Assembly (NCBI GenBank): GCA_977030845.1
Contig: OZ365118.1
Coordinates: forward strand, 20,646,001 to 20,710,000
Origin: Fimbriosthenelais zetlandica
Lineage: Eukaryota
Length of the DNA stretch: 64,000 nt
Reading direction: 5' to 3'
The notes beneath the pieces are model-generated. The model did no database searches, had not been told where the DNA came from, and was given only the letters and a program-made list of their open reading frames with translations. The first letter of the stretch is position 1, and every line of letters starts with the position of its first letter. A program made the position numbers and the translations under genes. Shown here piece by piece: positions 28,024 to 39,200 of this stretch.

Positions 28024-28565
28024 TCATTAAAAGCTTCTCTTTTATCTTCGTGCACGGCGGTCTTTCTCTATACTAGTTACTACCACTGTATGGACCTCAA
28101 TCTTAGAGTATACAAATATGTAACAGATGAATGAGTACACAAAAATAGAAAATATCACAAACTTGAAAGATCTCGTCAAAATGTTCTAGTTTCAGCGGTC
28201 AAAACATGTTGTGGACATGCTATTAATTATAGTCAAGTAATGAAATTTTGTATGTATTTTCATATGACCCGGAAAAAAGGACTTGTGCTGATAACTACTG
28301 CGTTTCTCTTTTGATTTCTGTATAATACAATGACTTGTAATTTATTATTACAAAAAAATAACATGATGGTATAAAATACGTTGAAAGTATTGAATGAAAG
28401 GTAGATATTCTGTTCTCGTGTATGAAGTGTCTGTGTGTCATGGACCCTTTTAGTCCCGTATATATTGGTATATGAGCGCGCTGTAACTATACTATAAGAA
28501 GGCATCGCTTCGTGTCGTGTTCAACATTATATAGTAACACGCATACCCTCGTTAATAGTTCAATA

Positions 28566-28748
28566 AATAATAAACCAGCATTACGACTCCTGTCTTCTCT
28601 CTCACACACAGGGCTTTATAATAAATAATAAACCTGGAGCCTGTTTCAAAACGAATATTAGCCATAGACTTAGCATTGCTAATTTTCCTTTTGAAACGGG
28701 CCCCAGCATTACAACTCCTGTCTTCTCTCTCACACACAGGGCTTTATA
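28566..28748. repeat. Local direct duplication of a ~46-55-bp unit
   Basis: ccagcattac(g/a)actcctgtcttctctctcacacacagggctttata at 28575-28620 and 28703-28748. Confidence 0.9.
28634..28706. mobile_element. Short MITE-like element (about 73 bp) with 18-bp terminal inverted repeats
   Basis: Left end ctggagcctgtttcaaaa versus reverse complement of the right end, ctggggcccgtttcaaaa (16/18 identical). It sits in the second copy of a local direct duplication. Confidence 0.55.
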
Positions 28749-31700
28749 GGCTTTATAATAATTGAATTAAATTCTTAGTTTTAAGCCTAAAAAGTTTTGA
28801 GAACAGTAAAGAAATAAACTAAAAGGTATATTGACAAATTTACACCAGTCATTTCAGACATAAATCCCCCCTAAAATATGCAATAGACTTCAAATTTTCT
28901 TCATTCAATAAGCTTCTCTGGATAAAAGTAAATTAATGCATAAATTAAAAAAATGATAATAGATCTATATAGCCTTAAGTCGCCAAAGGAATTTCCTGAA
29001 TTAAAAGTAATTGAATACGCCCATCTATGAATATGAGTGGCTATAGATTTAATAAGGAATCCTCAGATTCAGTGATTATCAATCAAGGTGGGTGGGGGTT
29101 TAGGGTATAGCGTTAGGGGAACCCCCATCAGCCCCCATACATGCACCCCTAACCTCCCATAAGAGATGATAGAGTCACTGGGCTACTTTCTCATCGTTTC
29201 AACACGCAGAGAACATCAATCCAACTTTTCATCTGTAGGGTATCAATTATTTCACATCATTCACTCGGTCAGAGCGGGCAAAGGAGAAGAGGTTGAGTCC
29301 ATCAGTAGGATGCTAAATCCCAAGAGAAACTTTCTCTATCTCCCTAGGCAGCCATTGGCACCCAGAGTGCTTCCAAATTACCTGCACATTATGTTCATAA
29401 CTTTTGCCCCCGGTTGCCTATCTGGTCGGCCCCACACTCGGGTAAGTTAGGACGGTTAGGGTAGTTAGAGACTGGGGGGGGGGGGGGAGAGAGGAGGGGG
29501 GAAGTGTGAGAGCGGGTCACTCATGATGGGCGTCCGACTGGAGTTGTGAACGATCATCGTTAGCTTATCTGTCTCAATTAGGGCCGCAGCCAGATATGGA
29601 ACTCTATGGTAGGGGGCGGGGTTAGAGGGGCAAGGGTGGGGATCTGAATGAATGGGATCTTAAGCACTTAAACCCGTGGGAAAAGTTAATAATTTCCTCC
29701 TCACATGCTCTGGTATGAGTTGATAATATTCTACATGAAAGAACTGAAACAAAAGCTCTTTATGTACAAAAAATATACCTGTATATTAGGTAGGTTTGCC
29801 TGGGTATAGTTATTACATGTAGGCTTTATTTTGTACTGGTCGGGGGGCTTTGAGGGTTATATAACAAATGAATGATACTCTAGCATAGATTTTGGCATGA
29901 ACAGTTACCATGATATCTATTCCCTTGGCAATAAGTTCGACTTATGATCATATAATAATTGCATACATAATCATAGAAGATTGCCAGTGAAGAAAAGTCT
30001 TTAAATCAAGGCATTCATTCAATGAGATTTTATGACCACTTTGAAATGTTCTTGTCCTTTCGTAACTTATATAATTAAAAGACTTAATTGATTAGTTTAT
30101 TAATTGTTAAGTTTCCTATTAATTGGACATTTTCAATCATTTCCCTGGGTTGCCAGATTAAGAGGTTACCATCTTATCTAAGGGCTTCTAGATCTCATCT
30201 CTTCATCATCCTAGATACCTCCAACCCACTCCCCCAAATCCCCAATTCATAAAGATTTTTACAAGTGCAATCCATCATATGAAGTATAAAAAAGATGGAA
30301 GCCCTGCATGTATATATATGGAATCTAAGCCATAGATCTTCCCACCTCGCCGGCATTAGTCCATCCAAGTCTTGTGGGGGTGCCTCCCAATGCCCTCTAC
30401 CCCGCTCGTAAATATAAAATGTATGCAATAACCATCAGAAGCAATATGAATGATGTCTATCAAGACTTATTTCATATACACGATCAGGGCACTTGGCTGC
30501 CCGCTCCAGTCCATCTTGCTATCACATATTCGACTATAACTCAATTACTCTGGATGACATTTAAGGCAAGGGCATATGAGAGATTAGGCAAATTGCTTTC
30601 AGATAGCGTTTTAAATAGGGCCAACTTAATACAGGCCTACCCCTCGTGGTCCACGCTGCCAGGAAGATCCATAAAAGCGAAATTAATAGTTCTATCTGCG
30701 AGAACTTTGCCTCGTGAGGAGGAGAGGAGGCAAGTGGCCCACAATAATGATTCGGCACACACTGATTAAGCGAATATTGAGGGAGGCCTGGGGTCGAGGT
30801 AAATGACAATGAGGCAGCGCGGGACGGAGTGATGGCGGACCTGAGTTCACATGAAATATTCAGCTCTTTTATACTTGATGATAAGACCGGCCCATTAAGG
30901 AGGTAGAGGAGGGAAGGGGCCAGCGATCTGCTTTTGTTATAACTGGACAGAAAATAAAAGGCAGGAAGGAGATGGGAGGCACTTAGGGGGCTGAGAGGGT
31001 TGATGAGAGGGGGAGATAGCAAAGGTTGCATGGAATTACGCCGGACTCCCCCAACGCCCCCCCCTCCCCCCCCCCCCCCCCGCCCCCAGGGGAAGTTTGC
31101 ATGGTATGTGAGCCTTCAAGAACATTCATTTACATATTGTTTCCATTAAAAATATCATGGTACAGAACAAAGATGCAATACCTTGCCATATCAAGAATCT
31201 AACCATTCTCACAGACATTATAGATATATGATTAATCATAACCTTAAATCTAAGTAACCTTAAAGTAAGAGCAAGATAGACATGATTGCCAAGAGCTTGT
31301 TACTTACCAGAATGCGGCTGATGGTGAGAAAATTCATGATGAGATGACCGCCCAGCCCCAGTCCCCTCCTGCTGCCGAGGCCGCAACCTGGTAAATAAAT
31401 TAACATGATTTATTACATGTAAAACTATATGTAAACAAATATGATTAAACAAAGAACCTAGCAGAATTAAAATGGGATTAAAACTATGATACATTTCTGC
31501 ACCACTATTGTGTGGCATAGACATCTTGAGAATACACAAAATTATGAGTCAATTAGGCCTGCCGGGTAGCCTATGGCTGAGTAAACAAACCGAGTGACAA
31601 TGCGATATGTCGGGCCGAGAAAGTGGGCGAAAATGCAACTTTCAGTTTCACAAAAACACCTTTATTGTGAATTTTTGGATGGTTGAATTCTGTGGGAGGA

Positions 31701-32559
31701 AGATTGAAAGCCAAAATTCAACTTTTAAAACTTGTTTTTGAATGGGAAATTGCTGTCAACGGTGGAGTCAAGTTTAGAATAGAAGATTTTGTGCGCTCAT
31801 GTTGACGTGTTATCCCACAAAAACAAACATAGTCGGTGACATCCCAAACAACCTAAACCCAAGTATAATATTTAATAAGGACAAAATGTAATCAGAGATG
31901 ACTTATAAGTAAATTAATCTAGTTTAGTTTAGCGTGAAAGTTAATTACCTGGACCTGAACATATCCACGAGTCGGTCACAGCTGAACAAGTCAGAAATAG
32001 GCTTATGTAATGTTTACTCCGATGTTTCTGGCATTCGTACATTTCAAACATAGGTGTCATTCTCGGGAAATCACTCTAAATAGATTCTACATCATATTGG
32101 TGACGAATATTACAAGGACTTGCCCTCATGGATCGGACGTGGATCGGGTAGGTTCTATATATAGAATCAATCAATCATGTTTTTTGAGGAGGTGTTGACA
32201 CCGCGTGTGCCACTTCAATCAACAAACCAAATCCCCCATTTTTCGATATAAACTCGGGATAAACCCCACTAAAACACACTTAAAACAATAGCGGAACACC
32301 TTATGAACAAAATGTCTAACGCTTACCCTCATGTCATTGGTATAAGTTGACTAACTAATCGAAAGTTTCTCTTCTCTTCAGTTCGTACCTCCATGCAAGC
32401 TATGTTAGTTCCCACTTTCACCGGTGGTGGGGTAGTCGCATTGACCTCGTCTTCGTTTGCCGTACATAGGTCCGGTGGCGCCACTGAATGGCCAACTCTG
32501 GAACTATAGTCTCTGAGTTCTCACCGCCACCGCTTCAATGCGGGGGCGCTGAAGTGGAG

Positions 32560-32790
32560 GGGGTCGTGGTTGTAGTTCATGAATCGTCCGCTTAGGCCTA
32601 CTTATTTGGCAGCACCTTCCGGTGGTGCTCTTCAGTGGAGGTGGTGCTCTTCAGTGGAGGTAGGAAACCAATCTTTCCCTTGTCGCTTCCGGCTGGTTGG
32701 ATTTCAGTTTGTTTTGGATTTCTATTGCGATTTTCTCCCTTCTCTGTGCACGGATTATCAATCTGAAGGTTTCATGCAACTGAAAGGTAA
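32560..32790. promoter_or_regulatory. Probable bidirectional promoter and non-coding first exon of UNC50
   Basis: CpG-richer patch with ETS-type CTTCCGG at 32616 and 32686 and CCAAT at 32668. A plus-strand donor AAG|gtaacg after 32786 pairs with the acceptor tttcag| before 33168. A minus-strand donor lies at 32327. Confidence 0.6.
32622..32659. repeat. 19-bp perfect tandem duplication (gtggtgctcttcagtggag x2) in the UNC50 promoter
   Basis: Read directly from the sequence. Confidence 0.9.
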
Positions 32791-33241
32791 CGTATATAAT
32801 TGGTGTACTGTTTTTTTCCTGATCACTTCTGTTAATGGCATTGAAAATTCATTTATTTTTAAGTTGGCCTACGTGGACTAGTGTCAAATGCACTGATTAT
32901 CGCTCATGTATATTGTTTATAATTGACTCATTGCCACATTGATTGGTAGGTAGACATTCCGTGTTGAAACAAGTAGGTCTCACCCACACATTGAAAATAT
33001 CCCTTGCGCAAAGCCTAAGCCATTTAGATATAGACACAAAATGATTGTCAAATGATCTATCTTTTATTTCAGCCACACCCCTCCTGATTCGACCTGAATG
33101 TCTGACTTAGGCTAAGCCTAGGCCTAAATTAATGCATACCGGTAATAATTTTTTTCTTTTATTTCAGGGATAGGATGTTATATTGAAGATCAATAGGCCT
33201 ACATCCCTCAGACAGTTACCCCCTAATCAGGCGAATTAACG

Positions 33242-34882
33242 ATGTACAGTTACACCAAATACTCGCCCCCGGGGACACCCTCTCCCCCGTCCAGCCCCCG
33301 GTTTGACAGTATGACTCAGACTCAGACCCTGACATCAGGCAATCTGACGAACCGCCAACACTCCCATCAAAGTCAGAGGATGACCGCCAGCAGTAAAAGA
33401 TACAAGTACCTCCGACGCATCCTCAAATTCAGACAGATGGACTTTGAATATGCCTTTTGGCAGATGTTGTATTTATTCGTAGCCCCTCAGAAAGTGTAAG
33501 TTGATTAAAGTTTCCTGTATAATATGTAATGTAGAACTGAACTTTGAAGATTATTCTAAGATTCTTTCTTGGACTTTTTAATGAATTTCTTTAATTTCTC
33601 TCCTTACAGATACAGAAACTTTGCATATCGCAAACGTAAGTTCTTTTAGATAAAACTGTTCACAAAATTAATCCCAAAATAAGACCTATGAGATCAGAGT
33701 TGATCAGCTTCAGTAATTTCCCTAAATATCTCTTGGCATATATATGGTTTAAAGGAATAATTCTCAACCTAAATAATTTCAACAGAGGCCGAATCCCCAA
33801 AAGAATTATTTTTCTTTCCAGAGACAAAAGATCAATGGGCGCGGGATGATCCAGCTTTCTTGGTGCTTCTCAGCTTCTGGTTATGTGGTTAGTGATCATC
33901 AATATTGTTTTACCTTCACTTCATTTCATGACAATTCACTGGTCATTAAAACATAGAAATAAAATATTTACTATATGATCCTGTGGGGCATTTGTCATTC
34001 CATGTAAAAATATAACTTTGTAATTCCAGTATCCTCTATTGGGTTTGCCTTTGTGCTCGGGCTGTCCATCTTTGGCTTCATCAAGTTCCTGCTGTGGGTG
34101 ATATTTGTGGATTGTGTAGGAGTAGGTCTCCTTGTTGCCACTTGCTTCTGGTAAGTTTTTTCGTGAACACTCATCTATAGTTTCACAGCTGTTCCTCATT
34201 CAATAGTCCACTGTACAATTCCTAATTATGTTTCAGGTTTGTGTCTAATAAGTATCTCATCATGATGCCGCCTCACGGACAGGACGTGGAGTGGGGCTAC
34301 GCTTTTGATGTTCACCTCAACGCCTTCTTTCCACTTCTCATGATCCTCCACTTCTTCCAGCTGCCCATTCTAAATGGTAGGATATTTCACTAATCATACA
34401 ACAGTCTGCACCCACTTGTACTCATAAAAATCTTGTTAATAAATCGTGTTTTTTTTCAGCGGTTATAATCCAGGACTGGTTCGTATCCACCGTGCTGGGG
34501 AACACACTGTGGCTGTTCGCTATTGGTTACTACATATACATTACATTCCTGGGATATAGTGGTGAGTACAATATATATCAACCTATCACTTATAATCTAT
34601 TACCTTATAAAAAATTTACAGCAAAAAATAAGCCTGAAGGAAACGCTGACCATTCCTTCTAGTTCAGAAATTTCATTATTTTTTCAAGAGTTTAGTAAAC
34701 TTTTGTTCAATACAAAAAAATAATCTTAATATTTTCTTCCAACAGCCCTGCCTTTCTTAAAAAGGACGGAGGTACTTCTCTACCCAATGACTGGCATCTT
34801 CCTCTTCTACCTCCTCTCTATCGGACTCGGGTGGAACATGAGCAAAGCTCTCTGTTATTTCTACGAGTACAGAGTTCTCTAA
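33242..34882 (+). CDS. UNC50: Protein unc-50 homolog (UNC50/GMH1 family Golgi membrane protein), 281 aa, 7 coding exons
   Basis: Exons 33242-33495, 33610-33635, 33822-33887, 34030-34150, 34237-34376, 34460-34561 and 34746-34882 total 846 nt, all GT-AG and in frame. Family motifs: KRYKYLRRILKFRQMDFEYAFWQMLYLF, QTKDQWARDDPAFLVLL, DVEWGYAFDVHLNAFFP, GYYIYITFLGYSALPFLK. Confidence 0.97.
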
Positions 34883-35816
34883 ATGAATGGAAAAAAAGAT
34901 CTACAGGAATGTAAACTTAAACTACAGTAAAACTGCGCGTAGTGATCACTTGGTGGAGTGATCAAGCGTTGACTAATGGAAGTGTTCACTAATGATCACT
35001 GGGAGTCGTATACGATGGAAGTAGGTGGCACTATTAACAGGTGTCCGTTAAATCAGACGTATACTATTGGAGGTTTGACTGTATCTCTGGGGAGACAGAC
35101 TGTCAATAGTGTTTACCCATAATTAGGGTAATTAAAACTGTTTATCATGTCTATTAATACAGTGATATATTCATTTTTTAAGAATTCATGTTGTCTCGGA
35201 ATGTACATAATTATATGATGGTATATAGCACTATTGCAGTGTTCACTTTATGCAGTAGACTATTGGGAACAAACTCGAGGTTTAAATATATATCAAATGA
35301 TGTAAAGTGGCATTCATAATTAAATAATATACCAGTTGCATATTTATCAAAATCTGAATATTTTTTAAGGGTTGGAACCAAGAGATTTGAAATTTATAGC
35401 GCATTCAATTTGATAATAGTAATGACTTATTCAAATATCTTAGTTCCAAACCGTCAAAAGGTCCAGATAACAAGGCTTCGTTCGAGTTCTATGACATAAT
35501 ACGCATAGAATATTTGCTTTCAGTTTCACCCATTATTACTTGTACGCGGGATATAGGCGTATTTTTTTAATTCAGAAGATTCATGTACAATAAGAATTTT
35601 GTCAGGGTTCAGGTTGGTTTCCCACATCTCAAGTTTAACAAAGAACAAATAACGTTATGGGAATTGCATTATGATTGGAAAATTGCAGCATATAAAATAG
35701 TGGGTTTGCTCCCATAAACATGTTATTGAATTAAGAATTAGTTGGCAGGATTACAGACTAACTTCTAATATATTGGCTTCTCGTATATATAGTAATTTAC
35801 GTGTATATACTTTGTA

Positions 35817-35822
35817 AATAAA
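35817..35822 (+). terminator. Candidate UNC50 polyadenylation signal
   Basis: AATAAA in ttgtaaataaactgt, about 930 nt after the stop codon, at the end of an AT-rich UTR-like stretch. Confidence 0.55.
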
Positions 35823-36236
35823 CTGTAAAATATAATTTCACCAATTACTTCAAGTTCATTTAATATCTAATACAACTTTGCTCCGGACCATGATTTTCTC
35901 TTCACACACACAACTACAATCATTTATATTTACAAACGATTTACAATAGTAAAATTATCAGAAGAACGATACAGAGAAAAGTACATCCTATACACACAAT
36001 TTTGATACCTTTAAGAGCCCTTTCGCTAACTCTGGCCAGACTTTGCATTGCTGAAATCATTTGATAAAACGTTTCAATTTCAATTTTCTAATGCCACAAC
36101 TTTTTACAGATGCAATATCATACATTTGGTGAAGGAAAACATGAATTTTAAGTCTGATACAAAATAGTAGAGAAAATATACCATATCGCATTTATACATT
36201 TCTGATTGTCCCTGTAATATGAAACATGACTGTATT

Positions 36237-39200
36237 CTAGTTTACATGGCATCTGAAGCAGAATGCCTTCCTGCATATCCCAGGCCCGGGACATGGGGAG
36301 GACGTCAGGGACGAATCATTAATGCTCTTCATCAACTTAACTTTAGGTGTGTACACCGAGGAAAAGTCTGAAACTTTGTGTTTAAGGGTCCTAGCAAAAG
36401 GTGATTTGGACCCTACATTTCCTAAACCATCACTAGGAAAGATGTTATTGTCTGAATCGTCGTCATCACTGCTGGAGACCACCTTTCTCTTTGCATGTTT
36501 TGTTAGGAGCATCTGCCTACCTCTAGACAGATTTATTCCCGGGTCCTTTTGGCAGCTCTTTAACTTTCTATGAGCATAAAGTTCAAAGTCAGAGCTCTGG
36601 GTATGGGTGGATGTTCCGTCCATACTAAGTGTTGCTCCACTGATATAAGCAGAATCTACACTCATACTTCTGCTCGGGCTATTTTTAAATATTTTCGCAT
36701 CAATGGATGTCGCCAATGTGGGAAATGTGCTCTTTTCTTGCTTAGTTTCCATGGGCATGACTTTGGCCGTTGGGATTTCGTTTCTGTTTTTAGAAAAAGA
36801 TTTCTGGATTGAAGTGAATGACTCGTTTTCACTGTATTCTTCTGATTCAGATTCTGAAGAATCTAAATCAGATTCTGAGTCGCTTTTCTCTCTAAATAAT
36901 TCCCTGCTTTTATCTGGAGGTGGGTTTTTCTTCTCGTATGCTGTTAGTCTGTTATTCTGTTCTGTTTTTCTCTCCGTTTCCTCTTCTATCTGATCATTAG
37001 ACTCATTTAAAAAGTCTATCCCGTCCAAGTCCTCTTCCCCCGCCTTCTTCGGTCCTCTCCCCTGTTTCTCAGTGCTGCCCTTGTTATCTAATGACCAAAG
37101 TTGACATTTCAAAGATTTCCTCCTCTCCTTTCCCTCGTCATTTTTGTTATTACTATCCTTTCTCTCCCTGTTCCCCAAACCAGATTGTCGTGTAGGTTTT
37201 TGGGTTACTGAGGCTTCTTTGGGCAAACTTTTAGGTTCTCTCAGAGATCCAAAGCAATTTTTCACTTTTAGTTTTTCCTTGGATGTCCTCAGTGACTGTT
37301 CCTTTCTTGCCAGAGCCAGTCTTCTCATGATCATTGAGTTGTCTTTGACATGGATGCTTCTTGGGGAGATACTTTTCCCATGATTCCCTGCTGAGAAATC
37401 CCCAGTGGAAAGTTTCAGTTTGGCAGGGACAGAGGAACAAGATCTATCTACTAACTCTATTCTCCCAAACCTTGGCGTCAGATTGGTGGCCGCGGCTTCT
37501 TTGCCCCTGGGAGTTGACTCCTTCCTCACTGACTGTAAGCCTTTCACTTCAGTTTGCCTGGCTGCCTTGTTTTTGGGTTCCACTTCCTTGATTTCCTTAT
37601 TTGGAGGGCATTTGTCCACTGAATATGAATCACTTGTCAAATGTGTATCAGAGTTTGAAATGTTGGTAATGCCTCTGGGCCTTAGTGACATTTCATCAAG
37701 ATGTTTTGAAATCAATGGTGTTTTAGGCGACTGTCCACTTAAACCACTTGTTCTGATTTTCAATTTTCTTGACGGATTTTGCAGAAGGTTTCTCGAGTCT
37801 CCCACTATAAAGGTTTCTTCTGTCACTGGGTTAACTTGCGTTTGTTTCAGCACATTCCCATTCCCTGCATTTACTTGAGGTTGAACCCTTGCCACTGGTA
37901 AATCTATGGTAAATTTCATGTTTTCCTCGGATATTTCTCTTAATGCCCGATTCTCTTCGTTGTTTTTAGCTGACTTAGGAACATTTTGTGACTTGGGAAC
38001 ATTTGTCAGTGATGTCTTGGCAGGTGCAGGCTGGGTACTCTGAATACAACTAATATCCAGGTCCATGTTCGTCCTGGCTCCAGGCTTGGTGGGCGTGCTG
38101 GCTGACATATGGTACTCATCTCTCTCAGGGCTGTTCTCTTTATCACATCTCTCCTTCTCCTTTTCAGGGGCTGAGCCTGGCACAGAGGGAGCTATACACA
38201 GCTTTGTCTCACCCGCTCTCTGACCCTCTCTCATCTTTTTCCATTCACTTGGGTTATTCTTATCATTTCGCAACTCATATTCTCGTTTCTCCCTTAAACC
38301 GACATCATTGGGCAATTCTTTAGGTTTTTTCGTTTCTTTCGCCGTCCTTTTCCATGGAGGAGGACTGTCACTTTTCCTTTTCCAATCCACCTGAGTTTCC
38401 ATAGGGTGACCGTTTCCATTGGGCATCATTTTGCAAGGTTGGCCATTGGTATTACCAGCTCTACTTGCAAGTTCGTTCCTCTTTCTTTCCCTTAATAATT
38501 TTGCCATGGGTGAAAGTCCTACTTCCGTCAACAAAGGTTGGTTATTATAATTCCACATTATCATTTTGTCATTCAGTTTCTTTTGAGTGTCAATGGCTGA
38601 AACAGGAATATGTTGAGATATGAAATCATGGGTTGCATGATAAGGGGAGGGGGACATTGGTCGGGGGTTCTTCGTGGGAGCATTGTGCTTTTCATGACAT
38701 GTTAAATCCCTTTTCCTACGTGCTTCAGCCATGGGAGAGTGAGGGAGTTTGAAGATTGGTTGGGAGGCGGCTTGTGCTCCTCTGTGGACATCGCCCCTGT
38801 TTTTATTTAATTCTCCATCCATCCGCTCTCCCAATTCTTTGTCTGATCCTACTTTTTTCTCATCTCTGGAAAGTCTGTTCTCTGTTATTTTTCTCAGAGA
38901 TCCCAAGCTGTTAGGTTTAGTTGGTACGCCCTGCCTTTGGGAATTGCTGGAAGTTTTCCCCGGTTCTCCGAGGGGTCGTAGACTGCCAAGTTTAAAGGGA
39001 GCATTGGTCGTGGAGGAGGAGGGTGTTTCTGCTTGTAGTACATGAGGTGGTGAGTTAGCTTGGAGGATCCGTGTGTGATTGAGGACAGGAGAAGGTTCTA
39101 CGTCATGATATGACATGGGTTCATGTACAGGCCGGATATCTCCCTTCTTCATGTACAGATCTCTATTCACTTCATGCCTCATGTCCCTCTGTTCCATCCT

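Larger units (their letters stand above)
21818..32600 (-). ncRNA. Candidate spliced long non-coding RNA, divergent from the UNC50 promoter and antisense to the dachshund 3' end
   Basis: Minus-strand segments with canonical splice sites: first exon ending 32327 (AGG|gtaagc), 31387-31308 (tttaccag|...CTG|gtaagt), 22318-22220 (ttcttgcag|...TGG|gtgagt), 22108-22020 (tgtcacag|...AAG|gtcagt) and 21849-21818 (tttctcag|...CAG|gtgaga). No long ORF in the spliced product. TSS and 3' end are approximate, and there is no transcript evidence. Confidence 0.4.

Noticed and set aside
32330-32580. Minus-strand ATG ORF with an in-frame TGA (MNYNHDPLHFSAPALKRWR*ELRDYSSRVGH...), suggesting a selenoprotein or antizyme-type recoding
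   Set aside because: There is no CxxU or other redox motif, no antizyme TCC-TGA frameshift context, no SECIS recognised and no family resemblance. It is better explained as non-coding first-exon sequence.
21818-32600. Idea that the gene divergent from UNC50 is COA5, as in vertebrates
   Set aside because: None of the minus-strand exons encodes a twin CX9C/COA5-like sequence in any frame.
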